From an uncultured Acidobacteriota bacterium (GTDB lineage: Bacteria > Acidobacteriota > Thermoanaerobaculia > Gp7-AA8): a DNA stretch of 64,000 nucleotides. The first letter of the stretch is position 1; the number at the start of each line of letters is the position of its first letter. Under the pieces are notes generated by a model. That model did no database searches and was not told the origin of the DNA. It saw only the letters and a list, made by a program, of their open reading frames with translations. A program made the position numbers and the translations under genes. Shown here in pieces: positions 1-9,188 of this stretch. Where the stretch lies: assembly GCA_963822445.1 (NCBI GenBank), contig CAWGHO010000003.1, forward strand, positions 1,184,001 through 1,248,000. Reading direction: 5' to 3'.

Positions 1-1
1 C

Positions 2-825
2 TGGCAGGAGGGGCGGATCGACGACGCCATGGCCGCCATCGGGGAGAGCATCTCCCTCTACGATCTCGCCCGGAATCAGAACGGCGCCGCCCACAGCCGC
101 CTGAACCTCGGCATCCTCTGCTTCGCCCGGGGAGACTGGCAGCGCGCGCGCCGCTATCTCGTGCAATCGCGGCGCATCCGCGCCGCGAGCGGGGCAACGT
201 CCGGCCTGGCCCTCGTGCTCCTGAACCTCGGCCAGGTGGAACTGGCCAGCGGGAAGTTGAGCCTCGCGCGCCGCTACCTCGATGAGAGCGCGGAGCGGAG
301 CCGTGCCGCCGGCGAGGAGCATGAGGCGCTCTTCGCGGAGATGGCCCTGGCCCAGATCGACCTTTTCGAGAATCGGATCGACGATGCCGCGGCGCGGATC
401 GGCCAGATCATGCGCGCTCGCCAGGCCCTGACCGGGGATGCGCTGGTTCAGGCCCTCTGGCTGCAGGCGCTCATCGAGTGCCGCCGTGGAAACGTCGACC
501 ATGCCATCGACCTCGCCAGGGATGCCCGGCGGAAGGCCCACGGGACCGGAATTGCTGAGTCCAGTGCCGATGCCTGCCGGGCTCTTGGCACAATTTACCG
601 ATCGGCCGGCCGGTTCGACGACGCAAAGGCCCTTCTGGACGAGTCCCTGATGCTGGCGCGGAAGGCCGAGGACCCTTATCGGAGGGCGCTTGCTGATTCG
701 AGCTCTCGGAAGTGACCGGCGACTCGGTTCGGGCGAGCTCTGCAGTGACCGTTTTCAAGCGGTTGGGGGCCAAATACGACCTCACACGGGCCAAATTTGG
801 AAAGTTGCTCGCCCCGAAAATGTGA
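2..825 (+). CDS. TPR-repeat protein, 5'-truncated by the window edge, with an apparent 1-nt frameshift near 695
   Basis: Frame is open from position 2 with TPR-like repeats (LNLGILCFARGDW, LNLGQVELASG). The track ORF stops at 715, but the -1 frame continues FELSEVTG...VFKRLGAKYDLTRA to TGA 823-825, matching the C-termini of the paralogs at 4242 and 5614. Confidence 0.75.
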
Positions 826-933
826 TCTACGTCACATTCTGACTCTTTCAGACTTCCCTCACGCTCAGTTGGTAGTAGGTTCGCACTAGGCGGCGGTCGG
901 AACCGAGACAATACAGAGAAGCTGAGGACTCAC

Positions 934-3900
934 ATGACGGGCAAAGTGCGGCAGTCACATTGCGTCGTAATGATGTGGGCAGTAATCGCGGTTGTTCTGA
1001 GCACCACGACGTCGTTTGCAGCAACACCATCCGCGTACGTCGAGCAATCACTGCTCGACCGGCGTGGCAACGTGCCGGTCATCGTGACCGCACGGGACTC
1101 GCGAACCGCGGCCCTGGCGGTTCGCAGCGCCGGCGGGCGCGTCACCAGCGACCTCTGGATCGTCGACGCGGTCGCCGCGAGCGTCCCCGTTCGCTCGATC
1201 GAGCGTCTGGCGAAGAAGCCCGGGATCGTCTCCGTCGTCGAGAACAAGCAGGTTCGCGCGGCGGGCGAGTGGAACGGATGGGTGAGCGATCTGCGCATCC
1301 TGAAGGGCCAGTACTCGGTCGCCGGCACGATGTACGGAGCGCCGACGCACCTTCCCGACGGCGGCTTCGTCCAGGTCGGGACCGAGGGCGAAATCCTGAT
1401 CGTCAACGCCGACGGCTCGGAGAAAGCGCGCGTGAAGCTCACGAACGGCGGCCCGTTCTACGGCTCGGCCGGCGCCGACGCCAGCGGCCGCATCTTCGTC
1501 CCCGCGGTCTACGGCGTGATGTACGGGCTTTCCGCGGACGGAGCGATCCTCTGGGAAAACGCGTCGATGCTGAACACGACGTACTTTTACCCGACGCCCG
1601 TCGTCTCCAGCGACGGCACGGTCATCGTCGTCGCCTACAACGGCGTCGTCTACGGCTTCGACCCCGACAACGGCTCGATCCGCTGGTCGCAGTCGATCCT
1701 CCGCAACAACGCCGAGTACAAGACCTCGCCGATCATTGGACCGGACGACACGATGTACGTCAGCAGCGACAACGGTGAAGTCTTCGCCGTGACGTCGACC
1801 GGCGGTGTGAAGTGGTCGGCCAGCATCAACGGCAACCAGAAGGGGAGCTACGCGGGGGCCACGCCGGTTCTACGCGGCGGCACGCTGTACGTCAACGCCG
1901 GCTCGAAGCTCGTCGGATTCGACGCGGCCATGGGCGCGATCCGCTTTTCCTTCACCGCCGATTCGACGCTGATCGGATCACCGACGCTCGCGCCGGACGG
2001 CGGCGTCATCATCGCCTCGGCGGCCAAGGTCTACGCCCTGACCTCCACCGGACAGATGCAGTGGACGGCGGCGTCCACCGGCAACGTCTTCATCCGCCAG
2101 CCGCTGGTCTCGCCCGACAACACCAGCGTTTACGTCGCCATCGACACCGCCAAAGGCAAGACCGCGCAGGGCATCACCGCCTTCAAGCGCGTTGGTGGCC
2201 AGGCCAAGTGGACCGCACCGTACGCGCTCGGCGTGAACACGCTCATCGCCGATCCAGTCATCGACGCCGACGGCGGCGTGATCTTCACCGCCTCGAACAC
2301 GAGCATGTATCGCCTCAATCCGGACGGTACCGAGTCGCACCGCCTCAAGACCCACACCGCGATCACGCATCTCTCCCAGGCTTCGGACTCGGGCAACATC
2401 GTCATCCGCCTCAGCGCCGCCCCGCAGCTCATGTTCGCCGGCCGCCTGCCGAACGCATGGAACGGCCGCCCCGACGTGGAGAAGGGCTCATCGAGGGGCC
2501 GGTACAAGCTCGTCAATCCGTACACCGTCGACATCGGCGCCGATCAGGTTCACAAGAAGACGGTCACTGGTACGTCGACGTTCCTCCGCGGCAACGGTGT
2601 CACCGTCGCCGTCGTGGACAGCGGCGTGTACTGGGATCCCGACGTGAAGTCGATCCTCGGTCCCCAGCTCCAGCAGCAGTTCGCCGGCCAGGCTGACTAC
2701 GTCGATCCGACCTGCGGCTCCGCGTCGGGCTGCACCCAGCATGGCGACTACGCCTTCTTCGATTTCAACGGCAGCCGCGACACGTACGGCCACGGCACGC
2801 ACGTCGCCGGCACGGTCTCGAACAAGCTCCTCTACGAAGCGCTCGCGCAGGGGCAGAACTCCGACCAGATCTTCATCGGCGTGGCGCCCGACGCGAAGAT
2901 TCTGAGCGTCCGCGTCCTCGGCTCCGACGGCACCGGCTCATACGAGTCGGTGGTCAAGGGCATCCAGTACGTCGTCGACAACAAGGACAAGTACGGCGTG
3001 CGCGTGCTGAACCTCAGCATCAGCGCCTTCGCTACGGTTCCGTACTTCGTCGACCCGCTCAATCGCGCGGTCGAGCGGGCCTGGCAGAAGGGGATCGTCG
3101 TTCTCGCCGCGGCCGGTAACGTCGGCCCGTTCGCGCAGACGATCACCGTGCCCGGCAACGATCCCTACGTCATCACCGTCGGCGCGGTGAACTCGCGGCG
3201 TACCGCGGGCTACTGGAAGGACGACATCGTCGCGGGCTGGTCCGCCACCGGACCGACGCATGACGGATTCGTGAAGCCGGACATCCTCGCGCCGGGCTCG
3301 CAGATCGTGTCGTACATGTACAACGATCCGAGCGGCACGAACACGCCGGCGCTCGTTCGCCAGCATCCCGACTATTCATCCGACCCGACCCTGTTCCGCA
3401 TGAACGGAACGAGCATGGCCACGGGCGTTGCCTCCGGCGTCGTCGCACTGATGCTGCAGGCCAACCCGAGCCTCACGCCCGACCAGGTGAAGTTCCGCCT
3501 CATGGACACCGCGCGTGCATCGCTCGAAGGCGACGAGCCGGCATTCAACGTGTTCCAGCAGGGCGCCGGACGCATCTGGGCACCCGATGCGGTCTTCGCC
3601 ACGTCGACCGCGGCGGCCAATGCGGGTTTGAGTCTCCCCGGCGATCTCGCGCGCGGCTATGAGACCGTCGAGGACCTGGCGTACCACTATCAGGGCCCGG
3701 TGCAGAGACAGCTCAGCGACGGCGGTAACGCGTGGCTCTACTACGTCGACAACGGCGGCGAGATGATCGGCCTCGGCGTATCTGATCTGAACGGCCGCTG
3801 GCTCAGCCGGAGCGATGCTCTCAGTGGGGCCTATGCCTGGGGCGGCGGAACGTCCTTCACCTGGGCCGGCGGTCTGTCCGGCGTCGATCTAGCCAAGAAC

Positions 3901-4218
3901 GGTCATGTCACCTGGAGCAGCATCAAGCTGATCTGGGGCGGCGGCGGGCCAGGTGGCGCCATCAAGCTGATCTGGGGCGGCCTCACCGGCAGCATCAAGT
4001 TGATCTGGGGCGGCTCGGGTCCCTGGGAGGGCGGCCCGGCCTGGGGCAGCATCAAGCTGATCTGGGGCGGCGACGCCGGAACGTACGCGGGCTCGCGCAT
4101 GTCGTGGGTGAGCTCCGTCTCAACGCATCGTCCGACCGGAAGCAACCACGCCTGGGTCGGAGACGATTGGGTCGAGCCACCCGTCAACACCACTCCATCC
4201 CCTGCAGGTACGCAATAG
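934..4218 (+). CDS. Secreted S8 (subtilisin-like) serine protease with PQQ-like beta-propeller insert and C-terminal IKLIWGG repeats
   Basis: Signal peptide; catalytic motifs VAVVDSG, YGHGTHVAG, AAAGN and GTSMAT; propeller repeats (G.VY..D...G.I.W) in the N-terminal half. Confidence 0.92.
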   Translation: MTGKVRQSHCVVMMWAVIAVVLSTTTSFAATPSAYVEQSLLDRRGNVPVIVTARDSRTAALAVRSAGGRVTSDLWIVDAVAASVPVRSIERLAKKPGIVSVVENKQVRAAGEWNGWVSDLRILKGQYSVAGTMYGAPTHLPDGGFVQVGTEGEILIVNADGSEKARVKLTNGGPFYGSAGADASGRIFVPAVYGVMYGLSADGAILWENASMLNTTYFYPTPVVSSDGTVIVVAYNGVVYGFDPDNGSIRWSQSILRNNAEYKTSPIIGPDDTMYVSSDNGEVFAVTSTGGVKWSASINGNQKGSYAGATPVLRGGTLYVNAGSKLVGFDAAMGAIRFSFTADSTLIGSPTLAPDGGVIIASAAKVYALTSTGQMQWTAASTGNVFIRQPLVSPDNTSVYVAIDTAKGKTAQGITAFKRVGGQAKWTAPYALGVNTLIADPVIDADGGVIFTASNTSMYRLNPDGTESHRLKTHTAITHLSQASDSGNIVIRLSAAPQLMFAGRLPNAWNGRPDVEKGSSRGRYKLVNPYTVDIGADQVHKKTVTGTSTFLRGNGVTVAVVDSGVYWDPDVKSILGPQLQQQFAGQADYVDPTCGSASGCTQHGDYAFFDFNGSRDTYGHGTHVAGTVSNKLLYEALAQGQNSDQIFIGVAPDAKILSVRVLGSDGTGSYESVVKGIQYVVDNKDKYGVRVLNLSISAFATVPYFVDPLNRAVERAWQKGIVVLAAAGNVGPFAQTITVPGNDPYVITVGAVNSRRTAGYWKDDIVAGWSATGPTHDGFVKPDILAPGSQIVSYMYNDPSGTNTPALVRQHPDYSSDPTLFRMNGTSMATGVASGVVALMLQANPSLTPDQVKFRLMDTARASLEGDEPAFNVFQQGAGRIWAPDAVFATSTAAANAGLSLPGDLARGYETVEDLAYHYQGPVQRQLSDGGNAWLYYVDNGGEMIGLGVSDLNGRWLSRSDALSGAYAWGGGTSFTWAGGLSGVDLAKNGHVTWSSIKLIWGGGGPGGAIKLIWGGLTGSIKLIWGGSGPWEGGPAWGSIKLIWGGDAGTYAGSRMSWVSSVSTHRPTGSNHAWVGDDWVEPPVNTTPSPAGTQ
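3922..4071 (+). repeat. Four copies of a 21-nt coding repeat encoding IKLIWGG
   Basis: atcaagctgatctggggcggc at 3922, 3961, 3994 (one synonymous change) and 4051. Confidence 0.95.
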
Positions 4219-4241
4219 AGAGGTAGGCATCGCAAGGAGAC

Positions 4242-5525
4242 ATGCAGATGACTACCGAGGCAACGATTCAAGCGGTTCGGCGATTGAAGGCCCTCGGCCG
4301 GTACGTCGACGCCGAGGGGGAGCTGGAACGGGCTCTCGACCAGAACGGAAACCTGCAGACGCTCGAGCGGGTCTCGCTTCTGTACGAGCTCGCCGATGTC
4401 TGCTCGAAGGTCGGCGCGTGGCAACGCGGCCAGACCGTGATCGACGAGGCACTGGAGCTTCTGGGCCCCCACGCGGAAGTGCAGCACTCCGATCTCTGGA
4501 TCGCGCTCATGGAGCGGCGGGCCTGGATCTACTTCCGCCAGACCCGTCTGCGCGACGCGCGGGCGACCGCGCTGAAGCTTCTGGCGAAACTGAACAACCA
4601 GGACTCGAGCTCGGCGCACCTCGCCAGCATCTACAACACCCTCGGCGGCGTCGCGTACAGCGAAGGCCGTGCAGAAGAAGGGATGCGCGCCATCGAGCGG
4701 AGCATCGAGCACTACGAAAAGGCCGGCGACAGGTCGGGGCTGGCCACGGCGCGCATGAACTTCGGCGTGCTTCTTCTGACGGAAGGGAAGTGGCCTGAAG
4801 CCGCGGAGCAATTCGCGGAATCGGACCGCGTTCGGCGCGATTTGCCCGATCAAACCGGCCGGTCGTCGAATCTCTTGAACCTCGGTCTGCTCGAGCTTTC
4901 TCTGGGAGAGCATGACAAAGCCCGCCAGCATCTCGACGAGAGTCTGGCCATGAGCGAGGAGACCGGCGAATGCCACGTCGCCTCGCACGCGCAACTCGGT
5001 CTCGCGTATCTGGCGCTCATCGAGTCACGCGTCGATGATGCCGACAGGTATGTCAACGCGGCGATCGCCCGCGACGACCGGATGTGCGGTGACGATCGCG
5101 TTCAGGCGACCTGGGTGCGCGCTCTCATCGAGTGCGAGCGCGGATCGACCGATCGGGCCGTGAAACTGGCCAGCGAAGCGCGAAAGATCGCGCAGGAGTC
5201 CTCGCTCGTCGATTGGGAAGCCGATTGCTGCCGGGCCATCGGCATCGCGCACTTGCGTTCGAAGGAGTACGACACGGCGCACAACTTCTTCGCCGAGTCC
5301 GCGTCGCTCGCGCAACGAGCGTCCGATCCGTACCGCCGCGCGCTGGCGCTGCTCGAGATCAGCACCCTGTGCCACGAAGCGTCATGCAGCGACGCTTCGG
5401 CCGCCGAGCGCTGGTCCGCGCAGGGCCGGACGAGCGTCGACGAGGCCGCGAAGGTGTTCCAGCATCTCGGCGCGAAGCGCGATCTGGCGCGCGCCGAGTC
5501 GGTGCGCGCGAATTTCGCGGCGTAG
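4242..5525 (+). CDS. TPR-repeat protein (MalT/STAND-type TPR sensor domain, stand-alone)
   Basis: RBS aaggag; repeats YNTLGGVAY, MNFGVLLL, LNLGLLEL; C-terminal DPYRRALALLE shared with both neighbouring TPR proteins. Confidence 0.85.
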   Translation: MQMTTEATIQAVRRLKALGRYVDAEGELERALDQNGNLQTLERVSLLYELADVCSKVGAWQRGQTVIDEALELLGPHAEVQHSDLWIALMERRAWIYFRQTRLRDARATALKLLAKLNNQDSSSAHLASIYNTLGGVAYSEGRAEEGMRAIERSIEHYEKAGDRSGLATARMNFGVLLLTEGKWPEAAEQFAESDRVRRDLPDQTGRSSNLLNLGLLELSLGEHDKARQHLDESLAMSEETGECHVASHAQLGLAYLALIESRVDDADRYVNAAIARDDRMCGDDRVQATWVRALIECERGSTDRAVKLASEARKIAQESSLVDWEADCCRAIGIAHLRSKEYDTAHNFFAESASLAQRASDPYRRALALLEISTLCHEASCSDASAAERWSAQGRTSVDEAAKVFQHLGAKRDLARAESVRANFAA

Positions 5526-5613
5526 TGGAGTGCGGCGGCTCTGCCGCCGCTTTCCGACGCCGGAGGCGCGCTCCGCGCGCAGCCAAAGCGGCGGCAGAGC
5601 CGCCGCACTCCAC
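5525..5613. repeat. Perfect 29-bp inverted repeat (REP-like palindromic element) between convergent genes
   Basis: gtggagtgcggcggctctgccgccgcttt (5525-5553) and its exact reverse complement (5585-5613); each arm is itself a hairpin (gcggcggc-tct-gccgccgc). Confidence 0.9.
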
Positions 5614-8600
5614 CTACAACATCGCCGTGGCGCGCTGCGCATCATGCGCGGCGCCGAGCCGCGCCAACGTCCGCGCGGCTTCCTCGATCAACTCATTGCA
5701 TTTGCGCGCGTTTCCCAACTCCAGTAGCGCCAGCGCTTCGCGATACGGATCGCTCGCTTTCCTCGCGGCCTCGATCGATCTCTGAAACGCGATCTCCGCG
5801 GCCGCGCCATCGCCGCGACGCGCATGCAACGATCCGAGGACGCGCATGGAGTCCGCCTCCGAATCTCTCACGCCGAATTCACAGGCGGTCCGGCAGGCTT
5901 CCTCGGCCATCACGATCGCGTCATCGACCGACCTCTCCGCCGCGATCAATGCCGAGACCCACTGGATGTCGATGCGATGGTCATTCGTCAGCGCGCGGTC
6001 GTACGCGGTCAGGCTCTGCAGCGCCGTCTCGGCATCGCCGATCCGCTTCTCCAGGATCGCCACCTGCGCCAGGCCGATCAGCGCTGCCGCAGCGACCATG
6101 TCTTCGCCGAGATGCACGCTCACGGAAAGACTGGCCTCGCAATCGCGGCGAGCCGCGGCATGCTCGCCCATGGCCATGTGCAGTGCGGCGAGGTTCAGCA
6201 GGTTCTCCGCGCGGCCGACGACGTAGCCGATCTCGCGGCGGATGAAATCCGATCGCTCGTAGCTCTCCGCCGCCTCCTTCCACCGGCCCTGGCCGTAGTA
6301 CAGGATGCCCAGGTTCATGTGCGCGTTGGCCTTGCCGAAGAGGTAGCCGATCTTGTGGTAGATCGCGAGGCTCTTGCGGACGTACTCCGCGGCCTGCTCC
6401 AGACGTCCGTACTTCCAGAGCACGCCGCCAAGCGTGTTGTAGAGATTCGCGAGCAGCACCGGCTCAGCGGCGTTGTCGGACTCGACTTCGCGCGCGAGCT
6501 CGTCGGCGATCAGAAGCGATTCGTCGAGGCGCTGCTGACGGAAGCGCACCCAGGCCAGGCGCTCGCGGATGGTCCGCCGCACCGCGGTTGATTCGGTTCC
6601 GGCGAATTCGGCGATGGTCAGCGACGCCATGTCGAGATGCTGCGCCGCTTCTTCGAGCATGCCCTCGCGCGCCTCGACGTCGGCAAGCTCCACGAGCAGA
6701 TCGATCAGCAGGCGGAACGGCGGACGCTCGAGCTGCGACGCGCGATTCGAAACGTCGATCAGCGCGTCCTCGAGAATCCTGCGCGTCTCGCTGAGGCGGC
6801 CGAGGAACTTCAGTGAGCGCCCGTGCAACAGCTCGAGGCGGTTGTACTCGTCGCGATCGAACTCCGGGAGGATCCGGACGATGTCGAGCGCGCGGCGGTA
6901 GTGATCCGCGGCAACGTCGTTCGCATGGCGGCGCGCGGAGCGTTCCGCCGCGCCGAGCAGATACGGCACCGCCTTCGCGGCTTCGCCACTTTCGGAGTAG
7001 TGGTACGCGAGCACCTCGTCGCGCTCGTTCGCCGGCCAGAAGCTGCCTTTTTCCACTGCTTCGGCGACCTCGCGATGCATTTCCTGGCGATCGCGTTTGA
7101 GCAGCGTGCTGTGAATCGCTTCCTGAATGAGCGCGTGGCGGAACGCGTATCCCTTCTCCAGGCCGAACGCCTCTTCCTCGAGGAACTCGCGGGCCTCGAG
7201 CTCCTCGAGAGCATCGACGGTGTCGATCGGTGCCCCGGCCAGGAGCTGCTGGAGCAGACGCACGGGGAAGGACCGGCCGAGGATTGCCGCGCGTTGCAGC
7301 ACGCGGCGAAGCTCGCGGGGGAGGCAATCGAAGCGCGTGACCATCAGCCCGCGCAGGCTCGACGGCACGTCATGGAGCACAGCCGCTGCCTCGCCGGTCA
7401 CCCGCCACTCGCCGGCGGTTCCGACGAGGCCTCCGCGATCGAGGAGCATCCGCACCAGCTCCTCGACGTAGAGCGGATTGCCTTCGGCGCGATTGATGAT
7501 CTTCTGCCGCAGCGCGACTGCCTCGACCGAATCGCCCGGAACGAGCTGCTTCACGAGACGCCGCGAATCGGTTGCGCCAAGCGGCTCGAGATCGATCTCG
7601 GAGAAGTGCTCGCCATGCGCGGCGGCCATCTCCACCAGCGGCCGGATCGTGGTGGCGCGCTCGAGATGGCGGGAGATCACGATCATCATCAGCGGCTGAT
7701 CGCCGGCGGACTGGATGAAGTACTGGAGGAAATCGCGCGACGCGGAATCGACCCAGTGCAGATCGTCGAACAGGAGCACGGCCGGTTTGTTGCGCGTGGC
7801 GGCGATGATGATCCGTCGCAGCGCGGCGTGGGTCTGCTCCTGGAGCATGGCCTCGTCGAGAAGGCGCAGTCGGTGTTCGGAAACCTCGTCGCTCTGCGGA
7901 AGGCCGAGGACGTTGAGAACGTACGGGGTCACCTCGGCTTCGGGAAGGTCGTGCGCAGCGATGAATGCCGCTGCTGCCTGTGACTGCGCGGCCGCGGGAT
8001 CGGCCGCGTCGATGCCGAGGATGGCGCGGAGGAGATCGGCGGCCAGGGTGAGCGGGCGGGAACGGCTCAAGGCAATGCAGCGCGCGCCGTAAATCGAGAC
8101 CGCGTCGTTGTCGAGCGTGCGGATGAACTCATGCACGAGCCGGGTCTTGCCGACGCCGGCCTCGCCGCACACGAACGCGATCTGCGTGACGCCGGTCGCG
8201 CGCATGCGTCGCAGCGATTCCTGGAGGAGGGCCGTGGCCGACTCGCGTCCGATGAGGGGGATGGTCATCCCCGGGACGCCGCGTTGCGGCCCGACGTGCG
8301 GCTGCACGCCGGCAACGCGGTAGGCCGTGACCGGGCGCGAGATCCCTTTCAGCGAAAGCGGCGGGACGGTCTCGTAGCGGAAATTCGCCGAAGTGCGGTT
8401 GTATGTTTCCTCGCTGACCAGCACGGAGCCCGGCTCCGCCGCGGTCTGCAGCCGCGAGGCGAGATTCACCGTGTCGCCGATGACCGTGTATTCCGTGTGC
8501 GCGGCGCTGCCGATCTTTCCGGCGATCACCTCACCGGTGTGCACGCCGATGCGGATGCGGAACTGAAAGCCGTGTTGCGCGGCGAGGCGCTCGCGCATCG

Positions 8601-9072
8601 GCCGGATCACGCGCTGCATGTCCCAGGCGGCGCGGACGGCGCGCTCGGCGTCGTTCTCATGGGCGGCGGGAGCTCCGAAGAGCGCCATCAGGCCGTCGCC
8701 CGTGAATTTGTCGATCGTGCCTTCGTATTCGTTGACCACGTCGGCGAGAAGCTTGAGGGCCTCGTCGATGAACGAGTAGACGTCTTCGCTGTCGAGGCGG
8801 CTGGAGGTGGCGGTGAAGTCGGTGACGTCGGCGAACAGCACCGTGACCTCGCGCCGCTCTGTCGACGGCCCCTCGGCCGGATCTTCCGCGCGGATGGTGA
8901 AAGAGTGCGCGCCCTCGCGCGTCAGGGCCGCGCCGCAGGAAGAGCAGAAACGGCTGCCGGCGGCATTGGAAACGCCGCAGCGGGCGCAATCGGTACGGAC
9001 GGGAGATCCGCACCTCCGGCAATCCGCCGAATCAGCGGACATCTGTGAACCGCAATTCGGGCAGAAACGCAC
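5614..9072 (-). CDS. Double zinc-ribbon / class III adenylate cyclase / AAA (STAND-type) ATPase / TPR protein
   Basis: Four CxxC pairs at the N-terminus; cyclase motifs LFADVTDFT, DKFTGDG and GDTVNLASRL; Walker A GEAGVGKT, Walker B LLFDDLHW; C-terminal TPRs. Confidence 0.92.
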   Translation of the reverse strand: MRFCPNCGSQMSADSADCRRCGSPVRTDCARCGVSNAAGSRFCSSCGAALTREGAHSFTIRAEDPAEGPSTERREVTVLFADVTDFTATSSRLDSEDVYSFIDEALKLLADVVNEYEGTIDKFTGDGLMALFGAPAAHENDAERAVRAAWDMQRVIRPMRERLAAQHGFQFRIRIGVHTGEVIAGKIGSAAHTEYTVIGDTVNLASRLQTAAEPGSVLVSEETYNRTSANFRYETVPPLSLKGISRPVTAYRVAGVQPHVGPQRGVPGMTIPLIGRESATALLQESLRRMRATGVTQIAFVCGEAGVGKTRLVHEFIRTLDNDAVSIYGARCIALSRSRPLTLAADLLRAILGIDAADPAAAQSQAAAAFIAAHDLPEAEVTPYVLNVLGLPQSDEVSEHRLRLLDEAMLQEQTHAALRRIIIAATRNKPAVLLFDDLHWVDSASRDFLQYFIQSAGDQPLMMIVISRHLERATTIRPLVEMAAAHGEHFSEIDLEPLGATDSRRLVKQLVPGDSVEAVALRQKIINRAEGNPLYVEELVRMLLDRGGLVGTAGEWRVTGEAAAVLHDVPSSLRGLMVTRFDCLPRELRRVLQRAAILGRSFPVRLLQQLLAGAPIDTVDALEELEAREFLEEEAFGLEKGYAFRHALIQEAIHSTLLKRDRQEMHREVAEAVEKGSFWPANERDEVLAYHYSESGEAAKAVPYLLGAAERSARRHANDVAADHYRRALDIVRILPEFDRDEYNRLELLHGRSLKFLGRLSETRRILEDALIDVSNRASQLERPPFRLLIDLLVELADVEAREGMLEEAAQHLDMASLTIAEFAGTESTAVRRTIRERLAWVRFRQQRLDESLLIADELAREVESDNAAEPVLLANLYNTLGGVLWKYGRLEQAAEYVRKSLAIYHKIGYLFGKANAHMNLGILYYGQGRWKEAAESYERSDFIRREIGYVVGRAENLLNLAALHMAMGEHAAARRDCEASLSVSVHLGEDMVAAAALIGLAQVAILEKRIGDAETALQSLTAYDRALTNDHRIDIQWVSALIAAERSVDDAIVMAEEACRTACEFGVRDSEADSMRVLGSLHARRGDGAAAEIAFQRSIEAARKASDPYREALALLELGNARKCNELIEEAARTLARLGAAHDAQRATAML

Positions 9073-9188
9073 TTTTGACGGGCTCCCGGGAACGTGATGA
9101 CCGATATTGCCACTACTGGTTTTGGAATCGGTATGCGAAAAACAGACCCAGCAGCAGCAAGTTGCCGGCCGACCGCCCGGCCTGAAAG

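Noticed and set aside
862-890. tRNA-like words (gctcagttggtag, ggttcg) upstream of the S8 gene
   Set aside because: They are too close together, with no anticodon arm or acceptor stem; not a tRNA.
3922-4071. 21-nt repeats with variable spacers as a possible CRISPR array
   Set aside because: The repeats are in-frame coding sequence, the spacers are irregular (12-36 nt) and there are no cas genes.
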